Assembly: GCF_006345805.1 (NCBI RefSeq)
Contig: NC_043001.1
Coordinates: 63,426,001 to 63,490,000 of the forward strand
From: Octopus sinensis
Taxonomy: Eukaryota
Length of the DNA: 64,000 bases
Direction of reading: 5' to 3'
Part shown: positions 12,240 to 26,351 of the stretch, piece by piece
How positions within the stretch are numbered: the first letter of the stretch is position 1
Layout of the letters: each line of letters opens with the position of its first letter
Made by a program: the position numbers and the translations under genes
Notes under the pieces: generated by a model
What the model saw: only the letters and a program-made list of their open reading frames with translations
What the model was told of the DNA's origin: nothing
The model's database searches: none

Positions 12240-14790
12240 GTGTCTGTTCTTATGTATTGGTTGTGGTTGGGTGTATATTTAATTGTGGTTTATACCTGTG
12301 GTTTATTCAGTCTGTTGTTCATTGAAGGAATCTGAGCTCTTGTAAAGAGGATATATTTTGAAATTTGGAAAGACCATTCCTGCACAGGTTGCAATGTGAC
12401 TACTTAGAGGAATTATCCTCGTGCTTTTGTCTCGGATCTGTTGGCGATGGGTTGTCATTCTGTTGTGCAACGATCCGCCCATCTGACCTATGTAACTATT
12501 GCATGTGATTATGTAGATCAGGCTTTCCATGCTGAAGGTGAGATTGGACTTAACTTTGAAGGCTTGGCCATCTTTGAATTAAAATTCTGGCTCCTCAATT
12601 AGGTAACGGCAGGTGCCGCAGTTTAATCTTCTGCATTTTTGACAGTTGGGTCGGGGGTTTCTTTGTGCATTTTTGCTCCAGTGAGAATGAGTTTTAGTGT
12701 TTTACGTTGCCTTTTGCTTTTAATGATTTGTTGTTTTTCTAAAGTTTTCTTCATTTTTTCACCTGAAATAAGATGGGAAGCTTTTTGTGGATGTGATCAA
12801 ATATTTCGGTGTTCCTGTAATTGAAGGTTGACACGAATGGTAAGACATTTATCCTTCTTTTGTTTTTTTGTTTTCCTAAGTTCATCGATATTCATTTGTT
12901 TCGCCTTGTTTATTCCAGGAGGGAAGGCTCTTTAGATAAGTGTGTCTTTCAGTTCCGGTAGTCTTTGTTCACGTTTGGGTGGTTCTGATACTATGGTACA
13001 AATGCGTTTTGTCAGGCTGAAGGAAATGTTGAGTTTGGTGTGTTTCAGGTGACATGATGTGAAAAGAAGGTACTGTTTGGGATCGGTGAGTTTGTAGAAT
13101 ATACCCGTTTCTATTTTCCCATCTTGGTTTTTATTAGGATATCCAGAAAGGCAAGTTTTGTGGGGTTAAACCCCATTATGAATTGGATGTTATCGCTGAG
13201 GCTGTTTAACATGTTTTTAAATTCAGTTAACTGAGATTGGTTGTAGAGTTTTTGTTCGTGGAGTCCCATGACTAAATTGGCTACTTTCATACCCATCGCC
13301 GTTCCTGATATTTGACGGTAATCCGAACCGTTGAAGGTAAAAAAGTTGTTTTCAAGTATGAATCTGAGTTCAACAATGATGAATTCTTTTTCTATGCGTG
13401 TTGAAAGTTTAGATTAATAAGTGACTAACCAGTATTGGATTGCAGTTATTCTATAATCATGGGGAATGTTGGTGTATATCCTGACAACATCAAATGAAGT
13501 AAACATTTATGTTTATTTACCGTTTTTGGCAGATGATTTAACATGCCTTGGTCATCTCGTATGTAGCTCTGTATATGTTTTAGGAATGGTTTTAGGAGGA
13601 TGTCTAAGAAGTTGCCGAATCTGTGTTTCACATGCCGGGCCTGCTATGAGGTTTGCTGTATGTATTTGATTGCTGAGGATTTACAGGCATTACTTATCCT
13701 TTTATATTTATGGATTTTAGGTAAACCATAAAAGTCGCTTGTTTTGCATTTGAAGTGTCATAAATAGTCAATTTCTTTGCTGGTTAAGCCTTTGTTATAT
13801 TTCTTTAAAAGAGTTTTGAGGGTTTTCCATTACATTTGACTTTTTGTTGTGGGTTGCTTTTTCATAATAGCTGTTTTCCTCTTACATTGTGAGTGCTAGT
13901 TCTTTATAGTAATTTGTGTTCATGATGACGACAGTGCTCCCTTTATCTGCTTTTTTGATAGTTATATCCATATTTTCTTGTAAGTCCAGTAAGTTCTTCT
14001 ATTCATGCTTTGTAAAGTTTCATTTAATGTTTCTATGTTCAATTTTTCAAAAGAGGAGTTCATAACGTATTCAAATTAGGAGTCCAGTGCTGTATTTAAC
14101 CCTTAATTTGGGCAAAATTTGCTTTTGTCTCTGGCCAGTGATTCGTCCTCATCATTTGAGTTGTTGGTGGAGTATTCGGCTAGCCTAAGTTTTCGGCAGA
14201 AGTCTGCAATGCCATTTTTCAGTTCGAGTAAGTCCCTTACTTAGAATTTCTATTTGGGTGTCAGTTAATGGTTTTTTTGAAAGGTTAATTACCTTTGGTT
14301 TCTCGTGTGTATGTGTGTGGGGGGAGGGTTAGGTGTGTTGTGTTTGATGGTCTGATTGTTTCTGTAGGGTTTCGTGTTTTGTTCTTTTTTATGAAGGAGT
14401 TAGCTGTGGTGTGTATTTTTTAAAATTCCTCTCCATATTTTTAGGACTACTCTACCTGGATTCACACTTTTGCCATCGTTGAAGAGATGTTCATAGTCTT
14501 GTTTCCAGAGTTTTTGGAGGTGTTGTAAGTTGGTTCCCTCAGATTATTTGGTACAATCTTCTTCTATTTGTTGATCAATGTCTTTGATTTTCTTGTTCAT
14601 TTGTTGTGGCTCTTAATTTTAAGAGTTCAATTTCCATGTTTATTCTATTTTAGAGACATTTGTTCCCGCAGTTTTCTTTGTTGTTCTGGCTCATTAGTAA
14701 TGGATTTTATTTGAAATTTTCAGGATGAGATTAGTGGGGTGGACTTTAACCATTTCTCATAGATTCCAGCTTTGTTTAAGTTTCTCACCA
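12240..14790 (-). mobile_element. Penelope-like element, near full length, decayed
   Basis: LLKPFLKHIQSYIRDD, AMGMKVANLVMG, AFLDI and GIY-YIG remnant SLIYIITCNSYIGQ...RMTTHRQQIR. Confidence 0.85.
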
Positions 14791-14859
14791 TGTTCCAAAA
14801 TGTAAACGTTTTGGGATCACCACTACTTTATTATTTCCCCTTCTTCCTAGCCCTCCTGT

Positions 14860-17800
14860 GTGATCCCTCTATCCGGCATTCGCCATGATAGATCGCTAGC
14901 CACTAAACCTTTTTAGTTTCTCTCCCTGTTTCTTTCTGTGTTCCTTTCTGTCGAAGAGCATAGGCTCGAAATGTAAAAGACTTTCACACTTTCCAAGCGT
15001 TAAACTAATACATATGTTTGTTGTTTACACACCCGTCTTCGTCTTTTCTTTTTTGTAAATTCTCACTATCTATTACACGCTCACGTGGTCGCACCAGTTT
15101 CATTCTGTCTCCAACTTTGAACCTTTCTTGGACTATTCTACCTGGATTCTCTACCTGGACTTTCTACTTTCCCACACTTGGACTCCTACATTTCGGCTGC
15201 ACCTCTTCTACCCATGGATTACACTGGACTCTTCAGTTGATGAGAAATCATTTGAACTTTTCTAAACTTTTTTGTACTTTCTGCTTTTTCCTATTGTCGT
15301 TTCTCTCAATCCGCACTAATTACTTTGCCTTTCTCTCCTTCCCTTTCTTTTTTCCTTTTGTCTTCTCTTCTCCCTTTTTCCCCTTTTCGCTCTGTTTCTT
15401 CCTTCTTCCTCCTTCTTTCTCTCCTTGTTTTTATTTTTTCTTCTCCCACCTCTTGTATAATTTTTCTCCTCAAGTCTTCTGCATTTTTCTTCCCACACCT
15501 TTTGAATTATTCCTCCTCACGTCTTTATTTGCCTTTTTCTCTCCTCACTTTTTTTTCTCCTTTCTTCTCATTTTTCAATCATGCCCGATTACAAACCTTT
15601 CCATTTCCACCTTCACCATCGCCTAAAAACACCTTTCCATATTCCTTTCTGCTGCTTTCAACCTTCTATTAACCCGTCCCTACTAATTAAAAAAAAAACA
15701 CGCTTCTTCAGCAACGTTTCCTTTCTCAGTCGCTGCCTTCATCATCGCCTCTTCCCTAAAGGTTTCCGCCTCCATTTCCACCCCACTCTCCGACCCATAC
15801 TCCGAACTACATCCTATCGCCTTATGCGCGCCACCATTCGTTCTAATCTCTCCAAAATACACACCATCGACCGCCTTCTCCTTCTTGTTTTTTCCATCTT
15901 CTTCTCCTCTCAGTCGCCATCTCATGCCAACACTACGTTACATAATTTATTTAAATCATCTCTTTCATCAATTTCTCGCTCACACCAAACAACGTAAACT
16001 CTACTTACTCCTCCATTCAATCACACCCGACGCCACTACCTCAATTCCTCCCCTATCCCTCTCCCTCCCTGATACGCTCCCCCACCCTCACCAACCGCCC
16101 GTCCCTTCAAGCATTCCACCCCACCTACCCTCCAACTTCCATCCCATCCACCCGTTCTCCACTTCAGTTTGTTGTTACCATTCCTCCAGATCTTCCCCTC
16201 TCTGAGGCGAAGGGCTCCCTCCTCAGTGGGGATCTGCGCTTCATCCCCCTCACTCCATCCAGCAACATATTTTGGACTCGTGCCGATATCCATAGCTTTG
16301 TGCGCTGCGTTAGGTTGTGTGTGCTTTTCCGCGACACTCCTCCTGCATCTAATGAAGATAACTGCTTCACCGAACTGGGCCGCCGACCATCCCAGTAGAC
16401 GCCAGCTCATGGCCAATTCCAAGCCGTCGATCTTTTTGCGGGCGCCTGCCAGCGCGCTGTGGATTAGTTTGACTTTTCCAGGCATCCCCGATATCTGAAC
16501 ATCTCTCCAGCCGAACTCTCAGCCCTTCTATGTCTCCGACGCCGCACGGACATCATTATAAAACTAGCTGACAATTGTGGAGCCGTGGTGGTGTGGCGCG
16601 CTGACCTCTACAAGGTGGGAGCTCTCCGCCAACTTCAAGACACCTCCTTCTACTGCCCTCTGCCCTCCAACCCCTTGCCAACAGACTGTGTCCTCCACTA
16701 TCCATGACCTCATCTCCTCCCCTCTCCCCTCACCGCCTCTAACCTCATTGTCCGCATCCCGCGCACCCCCAATTTACTTCCTCTCCCAAATCCACAAACC
16801 TAATAACCCTGGCCGCCCCATCATTTCCGCCTGCAACTGCCCCGCCGAACTCATCACCAGATATCCTGACATTCCTCTCACCTACCATTCCACCACTCTA
16901 CCTCTCCAATGCACCATTTTCCGAGCCTTCCGGCGACTCCAGTTCGACCCACCCCACTTCGCACATCTTGACCTTTCCTTGCCTCCCTAGTGGCTTCCCT
17001 CTCCTCTCACATCCATGACACCAACCATGCTCTTCATTTGTTCAACTCTTTCTCCTTCTCTCCTGGATCCTCTAAACTTCTCTTCAATCTTGACATCAAG
17101 ACCCTATACACGGTGATCCCTCATCACGAGGGGCTGCGTGCACTCCAACATTTCCTTGACCTTCGACCTAACCCCCAACCGGACACATCCACACTCCTTC
17201 GCCTGGCCGAACTTGTCCTCTCACTTAACTGCTTCTCGTTTGCGGAGATTTTTACCAGATCTCGGGAATGACCAGGGGAACGAGAATAGGCCCCAACTAT
17301 GCGAACCTGTTCGTTGGCTATGTTCAGGCCCAAATATTCTCAAGTTTCACTGGTCCCACTCCCGCACTATACGGTAGTTATGTTGACGATTGTATCGATA
17401 CGATCTCACTCTCCCGCGAACATCTAGACTCCTTCCTCTCTTTTGTCTAATCTTTCCATCCTTCCCCCCACATGTCCTGCACTATTTCCGACACTTCTGT
17501 CGCCTTTCTCGACATTTCAGTCAGCATTCATCACTCCACTCTCAGCACCTCCATCCTACAAACACACAAACTCATACTCATACCTCGAGTTCTCCTCCTC
17601 CAACCCTAAACACACCAAGCTTCCCATCCCCTATTCACAGTTCCTCCGTCTACGCAGGCTCTGCAGTGACAACCTTGACTTTGAGACTCAGTCTCAACTC
17701 ATGGCTCGCCACTTCATCCAACGTGGATATCCCCTCAGCACTATCCACAGCGCCCTTGCCAGAGTACATTTCGTGGACCGTGCATCTGCCCCCCCCCCTG

Positions 17801-18345
17801 CACTCACTCCGCCGCCACCGGTCTCCCGTTTCTCCTCACCTACCATTCCACCACTCTACCACTCCAATGCACCATTCTCCGAGCCTTCCGGCGACTCCAG
17901 TTCTACCCCTCCACTTCGCACATCTTCCCTAACCGACCCTCTCACTTCCTTCAAACGAGCCCACAACCTACGAGACTTCTTGGTCCACAGCTTCTTTCCT
18001 AACTCAACCTCCAAACCCGCACTTACCCTTACCTCTCCAACACCACCCTCCTCACAAGTACCCATCATCGACTCTTTCATATCACTGACTCCTTCCCCTG
18101 CACTTCTAGCAACGTCATCTACTGCATCTCCTGTTCTCTCTGTCCTCTATACATCGGTCAAACGGAACGCCGCTTGGCTAACCGGTTCGCGGAACACCTC
18201 CAAGACACCCCGGTCTTGCGCCATTTATGCTCTACCAGTCATTCTTTACAACACCTGTCTCTGTTCGGATTGTCTTTGCACAGGGGCCATCCGGAATCCG
18301 GGCTTCGCCGTGAACAGAGATTAATCTTCTCTCTTCGCTACGCTG
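14860..18345 (+). mobile_element. Penelope-like element: upstream pLTR plus degenerate RT/GIY-YIG ORF (~15670-18345)
   Basis: DIIIKLADNCGAVVVW, QIHKPNNPGRPIISAC, LDIKTLYTVIPH, GPNYANLFVGY, YVDDC, IPYSQFLRLRRLCS and CTSSNVIYCISC...YIGQTERRLANRFAEHL, read across frameshifts. Confidence 0.9.
14944..14979 (+). ncRNA. Minimal type I hammerhead motif (U6 variant) in the pLTR upstream of a PLE ORF
   Basis: CTTT-CTGTCGA-A-GAGC ATAG GCTC-GAA-ATGT-A|AAAG; same family as 44029 and 9158. Confidence 0.6.
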
Positions 18346-18470
18346 CTTATTTCTTGCTCAAAGATTTAAAACTAATAGTTGTTCTTCTTACGAGATCAGT
18401 GTATGTGTGTCACTTTAAAACTATATAAATCGAGCAAGGCCTAGTGCTGCCATCGCTAGCCAAGGTTATC

Positions 18471-18514
18471 CTATGCCGATGAAGAGAAATAACCCAGAAA
18501 CCATTAGTCTGCAG
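18471..18514 (+). ncRNA. Degenerate hammerhead relic related to the 10664 motif
   Basis: CTATG-CCGATGA-AGAG AAATAA CCCA-GAAACCATTAGTC-TGCAG; all stems are damaged. Confidence 0.35.
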
Positions 18515-18684
18515 GTGTCGTTTACGACTGAGTGGGAACATTAGCTCTGTTGTTCGAGGTATAAGGACGCAGTTGTGCATCGATAGCCAGTTGGAAAAGA
18601 TGTTTCCTGGGGCTGAAAAAGGTAGTAACACCGTCCTAATCAGGACTACCAGATTACGTTGACAAATAGACTTCCCCTCCCTCT

Positions 18685-18726
<42 letters not shown>

Positions 18727-18728
<2 letters not shown>

Positions 18729-18991
18729 AACATGATGCGAAGGATTCAGCCTCATCCTACATTGAGAGAAGAAAGAGATGGACGCTTCAATTCTATGCTG
18801 CTGCCGCATTATGTCGTACGCGAATGGGAGGATTTGCATCCCCAACCAAGAATTTTTGATGTAACACATGTCCTTGGGGAAGCTGTTGTGCGCGGCTGAA
18901 GAAGGCCACAGACATACATTATGCATTGTTATAAATCTGTCTAATAAAGGCCCGAAACATATGTACCGCTGAATCCTTCGCATCATGTTTT
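18727..18991 (+). mobile_element. 265-bp mini-element with 24-bp perfect inverted ends, containing a hammerhead
   Basis: AAAACATGATGCGAAGGATTCAGC (18727-18750) is the reverse complement of 18968-18991. Confidence 0.75.
18892..18969 (+). ncRNA. Type I hammerhead motif, GUA triplet
   Basis: GCGG-CTGAAGA-A GGCC...GGCC C-GAA-ACATATGT-A|CCGC. Confidence 0.7.
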
Positions 18992-19204
18992 TATTTTTAT
19001 TTTTATTTTGATCAATTTACTCCACCACCTACACCACCAAACGGTATACACAGGTGCTTATAATTATCAAGTACTCACCCCGAATTTCTATATATATATA
19101 TATATACACGTATATATTTATGTGTGTAATATATATACATATATGTATATATTCCTGTATTTCGAGACGGTCTTTTTTGCCAAATAAATACACGCACTGT
19201 ATAT

Positions 19205-19434
19205 TCGTTTATTACTGTTCTTATTCTAACTCATGTCCATTGTCCGGAAATTTTTCCTCACACATCTGTGACTTCCTCAGCGGCACATGTATGCTCTTCC
19301 TCTGCTTATTCCATTGGAATAAGCAGAGCAAGAGTGCATACGAAGACAGAAAGTGTCGCTGAGGAGGTCACAGATGTGTAACGAAAGATTTCCGAACAAT
19401 GGAAATGAGTTAGAATAAGAACACTAATAAACGA
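19205..19434. repeat. 230-bp imperfect hairpin carrying one hammerhead motif on each strand (19241-19285 minus, 19354-19398 plus)
   Basis: The arms are reverse complements. Plus copy: TGTCG-CTGAGGA-GGTCAC AGAT GTGTAAC-GAA-AGATTT-C|CGAACA. The minus copy has the AAATTT palindrome. Confidence 0.7.
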
Positions 19435-19514
19435 GTGAAGAACTATGTTTTTTTTAATAGTAATGACTTTGTCCCTCTTAGTGTGAGGCATTTATGTGTA
19501 TTAATGCCCTCTAT

Positions 19515-19641
<127 letters not shown>

Positions 19642-19645
19642 TCAA

Positions 19646-20584
19646 TATTTAATTTTTTCCCACTAGGCCGCTGGTGGCAAATAAATTCTACGAAATTTTT
19701 TGCCACCCTATATTGATTAATTATGAATTTTCTGGTTAATTCCGTAATGGAATCGGCGGCTTATATTTGCTGCCGATAAATTTGGCGCGAGTGCGATGAT
19801 TTGAAAATTTTAGGTCAGATATTGCCGAGGCAGGGATAGAGATGCCTCGTGATAATATCTGCTCGGATCTTGGCTGTTTCTTACTGACGAATCTATCGGC
19901 CTATGGAAGATTGGCTTGATTTAATTTAATCAGGTTAGTTTACCATTAAACAATAGATGAAACGGTGCATCGTATAAGAAATTACAGGGTAAATGTTTTT
20001 TTTAATTTTCTCCTGGTTTGCGGAATTGATGTTATTTTGCGGTTGAAGCTTTGGCTGTTATTTCTAGTGGGTGAACGGCCTATTATGGCCATTCCTTGAT
20101 TGTGATGTTGAACTTATAAATGGTCTATGACTATTTAATTTTTTCCCACTAGGCCGCTGGTGGCAAATAAATTCTACGAAATTTTTTGCCACCCTATATT
20201 GATTAATTATGAATTTTCTGGTTAATTCCGTAATGGAATCGGCGGCTTATATTTGCTGCCGATAAATTTGGCGCGAGTGCGATGATTTGAAAATTTTAGG
20301 TCAGATATTGCCGAGGCAGGGATAGAGATGCCTCGTGATAATATCTGCTCGGATCTTGGCTGTTTCTTACTGACGAATCTATCGGCCTATGGAAGATTGG
20401 CTTGATTTAATTTAATCAGGTTAGTTTACCATTAAACAATAGATGAAACGGTGCATCGTATAAGAAATACAGGGTAAATGTTTTTTTAATTTTCTCCTGG
20501 TTTGCGGAATTGATGTTATTTTGCGGTTGAAGCTTTGGCTGTTATTTCTAGTGGGTGATGGCCTATTATGGTCATTCCTTGATT

Positions 20585-20589
<5 letters not shown>
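19646..20589. repeat. Tandem duplication with a 486-bp period, flanked by (TA)n
   Basis: 19646-20106 and 20132-20589 are nearly identical. Confidence 0.92.
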
Positions 20590-20655
<66 letters not shown>

Positions 20656-21809
20656 AGTGTGTGTATGCATGTGTGTATATATACATAATATATGTGTGTA
20701 CGTATATATATGTAGGTTAAAATTTAAGTTTAGATTTAAAATTTAAACTGCGTTTTGGGTATGTCCCTAGTAGTATGCAGACAAAGGACGTTTACTGCCT
20801 ACGGCACCTGGCGTCATCGACGGTAACTGCGCAATCGTCGCTGGATCTAAGTAAAGAATTCCTCAATGAACGTTGAGTATAATAGAAACAATGGATACGG
20901 AAGATGGAGTTTGGTTAATTTTAAGAGCGAAACATCACTTATGTAACGAGAAACCGCGTTGCATCAGCTGTAGAGATGCTTCTGCATTGCAGGCTGCAAT
21001 GTAAGTGATTGTCTAGTTTCCCACCCACGAGAGAGCGATACAGGAAACGATTGTTGTAGCCAAATGATCATCGAGATAAGGTTTCCAGTATACTTTATCT
21101 TGCGTATGCCTTATTTCTACTATATAAATGTATATAAATATATGTATGCATAAAAACGTTTACCTTCACCTTAATAAACTCTAACCCTTGATAGTATGCA
21201 CATACCATTCAATTTGGAAAATTTATACTTACTTATACTTATCTATATAGAACATAGATAAATAATCTAACCATTGTCTCTATAATTTAGTATATAACTT
21301 CATTAATATCTTTAATAATATTAAACGTGTATGATATAGGGTAAATAAATACCTAGAACCTTTTAGCTTCATACATCCCCTAACAATAAAAATAAGAGTA
21401 TATTTTACATAGTAGATAATCTTGAAATCTCTCCAACCAATATATATTTTCCAATCAATATTATATTGTAATATTGTGACAATATTATGATCACCAGTAT
21501 TATTGCGATTATAATCTTTGCTTTGCGCTTTTCTCATCTTTCTGATTTTATTTTTAATTTATTTTATTTTTCTAATTTATTTTTCTAATTTTTTATCGTT
21601 TATGTTTTATCTTTGCATTAAAATTATTAATTAATTAAAATTGTTATATCCCCCAAAACAAGATAGACACTTAGAAGATGTGATGCGTTTGTGTGTGTAT
21701 ATGCATGAATCTACGGGCGTGAATGTATGAAGATTTATAGATAGTGGGATTTACATGTATGCATGTGTGTGTGTGTATTTATATATATGTGTGTGCATGT
21801 ATGTGTATG

Positions 21810-21858
<49 letters not shown>

Positions 21859-21926
21859 GTGAGTGTGTGTTTGTGTGTGTATGAGAGGAGTGCATATGTA
21901 TGGATATATATATATGTGTATGTGTA

Positions 21927-21973
<47 letters not shown>

Positions 21974-22128
21974 ATAGGCGAATGAATTATCCTATGTTTA
22001 TCGTAAGTATGGAAAATTCGTTGAGCCGATACCAGGGTAGCAAATTCGCGTCAGAAACACGGTTGAAGCAACCTGTCCAAGGGTAGAAACTCCGGGTTCA
22101 TTTGCAGAAATTTGTGTGTTATATATGA

Positions 22129-22414
22129 ATAAATGAAAGAATGGAGTCGAACGAAGATGTTAACAAAATTCCTTTACTCTCGACATATGTTTCGAAGACC
22201 ACATAGTTTCATTCCAAAGGAACAAAGGGTTTACCATGTAGACAGTCATCGAAATTTTTGTTTGTCTTGTTGCCGAGAGAGGCTCCCTTTCTTTCCTGAT
22301 GAGAAGATTGCATCATACACCCTTTATTCCTTTGGAATGAAACCATGTGGTCTTCGAAACATATGTCGAGAGTAAAGGAATTTTGTTAACATCTTCGTTC
22401 GACTCCATTCTTTC

Positions 22415-22420
<6 letters not shown>
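22129..22420 (+). mobile_element. 292-bp foldback mini-element with 102-bp arms (2 mismatches), containing a hammerhead
   Basis: 22129-22230 is the reverse complement of 22319-22420. Confidence 0.88.
22286..22378 (+). ncRNA. Canonical type I hammerhead ribozyme, GUC triplet, cleavage predicted after 22367
   Basis: Stem I CCTTTCTTTC/GAGAG(T)AAAGG, core CTGATGA, stem II GAAGA/TCTTC, then GAA-ACATATGT-C. Confidence 0.85.
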
Positions 22421-22497
<77 letters not shown>

Positions 22498-22554
22498 ATG
22501 TATGTGTATGTATGTATGTATGTATGTATGTGTATGTGTGTATATATATGTGTA

Positions 22555-22617
<63 letters not shown>

Positions 22618-23360
22618 GTATGTGTGTATGTGCGTGTGTGCATATATGTGTATTAAGATATATATATGTGTGGTTGTGTGTGTGTATAGATATCTATATC
22701 TGTACATATCCTTAGTTGTGTATATATTTACTAGGATTTAACTGTAGATGTGTATGATGTGTAGATGTGTATCTCATGCTGTGCGGTATGAGACATGTTT
22801 ATATATATGCGCACGGGTAGGTATACGGACACACACACACAAACATACACTATAAACTTAAAGCATGTAGTGGCAGATTGCTGTAAACTGACCACTCATT
22901 ATAATTTCAAATTTCAACCCCCCTTCCCGAAAATAAGGAGTGATTTATGACCCTTACCACCACATCAAAACCTAAATCTTATTCTCAACTCTTTTAGCAT
23001 CTTATCTCATTATCTTAATTCTTTTGTTTTTACTATTATTTTATATCTTTTTATATTTATTTATATTTTTATACTTTACGTTTTTATATTTTCTTGTTAC
23101 TTTAATTTTTATATTTATTTGTGGTTCCAACATTATTATCATTATTTATATTTGAATTTTTTACTATTTCTTTTCTAACTTTATTACCCTTATCTTTTAC
23201 TTACATTGTCACCTTACCTTGTTTCTCTATTTAACGTTTTCTCTATTTTTTTCATTTTCCTCCTTTTTCTCCCTTTTCTTTTCTTTCTCTATCTTTTCTC
23301 TCTTCTTTCTCTCTATTCTTTCTATCTATTTATATATATATATCATATATATATATCATA

Positions 23361-23408
<48 letters not shown>

Positions 23409-24009
23409 CATTTTAGAGGGAAACCACTACGTGGACACCCATATGCTAGAAATAGATCCGCTATCGTCTTACCACTAAGAAATGTTCTCAAGAAAAATTT
23501 AGCTAAACAACCAAAATGTAATCGAGCAAGACAAAAGAAAAAGCAATAAAAATATGGATTATTCGCATACATGTTCCAGATATTACGTAATTTTACTTAC
23601 ATAAATGTCCGTAGATCATCGGTGTGATCGTCCATACGAATATAATTTGCAGGACTGCATACTAGGACATCCGCACAAAGTCAGATTTGTAAACAGTTCT
23701 ACCCATTACACTCGTGGTTACTATTTCAAATGTCCTCGTTTTGGCGCGCTAAATTACCCGAAAAACTGATGCTGCAGATAATACTTTACTGCAGTGGCCT
23801 TTGCCGGTTAGCGAACGTATTAATTTTAATTTTAATTTAAAATGAGGGTGAGAAATTAGATATTAATTTAATTAACATCGATTTTACACCAGTGGTCTAG
23901 CATATAAAAAAAAACTGAAGGTTCAGTAAAATACATAAATACATACATACATACATAAAACTCGGAACTTTATCATGGCTACCGAATAACTGTTACATAT
24001 TACATTTAC

Positions 24010-24072
<63 letters not shown>

Positions 24073-24073
24073 C

Positions 24074-24202
24074 TCCTTTTGTGTTCTGCTTTTGATTTGA
24101 TTTTATATATACCCCCTCAAGTGTAAGCACCTGTATACGCCAGCTAGTGGCAGAGGTGAGAGGATATATATAAAATCAAATCAAAAGCAGAACACAAAAG
24201 GA
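24074..24202. repeat. Hairpin with 38-bp perfect arms
   Basis: 24074-24111 and 24165-24202 are reverse complements. Confidence 0.9.
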
Positions 24203-24844
24203 TGTCGCGGTACACGTGCTTCAAACTTTATAAACGACCTGTTCTTGCATCAGTGTATAATAGATATAAAAGATGGTTTAAAGTTCTCTTCAGCCGCATG
24301 CATTGTTATTCCAAAGAGTTACATCTCACTATGAAAAATATGAAAAGTATATGTAGTATTAACCATAATAATAGGTATATCATATCTTCCTGAGAAAGTG
24401 TATTTGCAAAATTTCACAACCAAATAGGCGTGTAGGGTATCATTGGATTTCGAAAATCTGTTCATACTGTATCCCCAGTCAACATAGAGTGAATGTTAAA
24501 TAATTTTTAATCGAAAAAAGCAATTTTTAATCGAAAAAAATTTCTAAACGATGAACTTTTATCTGACCTTATATATTATATTTTACTTATTTATATGCTT
24601 CCTATGTTTATATATGTATTTTTATATATCTATATATTTATATATTTCTTATATTTTTATTATTCTAGGTGTTGTAATGTTTAAAAAAAATATTTTTTGA
24701 ATCGCTAAAGTATTAATTGTTAACTTTTAACCGAGATGAACTGTATTCACGCATTTTTCTTGTATTTTCTTATATGCTTGTATTGATGAATTGTGTTCCA
24801 TCTTCCGTGATGTTATACACATATATACATATATATATATATAC

Positions 24845-25371
<527 letters not shown>

Positions 25372-25454
25372 GTATAAAATTTTTAATCTTCGGATTTTTT
25401 TAAAATATGCTAGGCCACTGGTTTTAATTGCTTAATATCAATTTCTACCCTTAT

Positions 25455-25563
<109 letters not shown>

Positions 25564-25621
25564 TTATACATACATACACACACACACACATATTTATACA
25601 TATACATATATACATATATTT

Positions 25622-25682
<61 letters not shown>

Positions 25683-25734
25683 GTATGTATATATATATGT
25701 ATGTATATATATAATATATATATATATATATTAT

Positions 25735-25782
<48 letters not shown>

Positions 25783-25997
25783 CATACATATATATGTGTG
25801 TGTATGTGTGTGTGTGTGTGTTTGTGTCTGTGTTTGTGTGTGTTTACATTTCCGTAACTTAGCGGTTCAGCAGAAGTAAATGATAGAATAAGCACCAGGC
25901 TTACAAAGAATAAGTCCAGGGCTCGATTTCTTCGACTTAAAGGCGGTGCTTCAGCATGGCCGCAGCCAATGACTGAAACAAGTAAAAGAATAGAGGA

Positions 25998-26067
<70 letters not shown>

Positions 26068-26103
26068 ATATATATATATTCTTTTATCAAAGGATATCGA
26101 AGA

Positions 26104-26245
26104 AATCAACCCCAGGACTTATTGTTTGCAAGCCTAGTACTTCTATCGGTCTCATTTGCCGTAACGGGGACATAAACATAGCAGCATCGGTTGTCAAACG
26201 ATGGCTCGGGGACAAAAAGAGACACACACGAATATATATACATAC
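26104..26245 (+). mobile_element. SINE 5' portion, duplicated in two pieces at 27555-27659 and 27731-27790
   Basis: Shared sequence AATCAACCCCAGGAC...AGCATCGGTTG...GACAAAAAGAGACACACACG. Confidence 0.7.
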
Positions 26246-26312
<67 letters not shown>

Positions 26313-26316
26313 TATA

Positions 26317-26351
<35 letters not shown>

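Noticed and set aside
18611-18662. CTGAAAA-A-GGTAGT...ACTACC-A-GATTAC-GTT
   Set aside because: Stem II is perfect, but both core halves and stem I are broken; at most a relic.
23572-23622. Minus-strand CCGATGA...ATTACGTAAT-A hammerhead-like motif
   Set aside because: GAAA is disrupted and stems I and II are mismatched.
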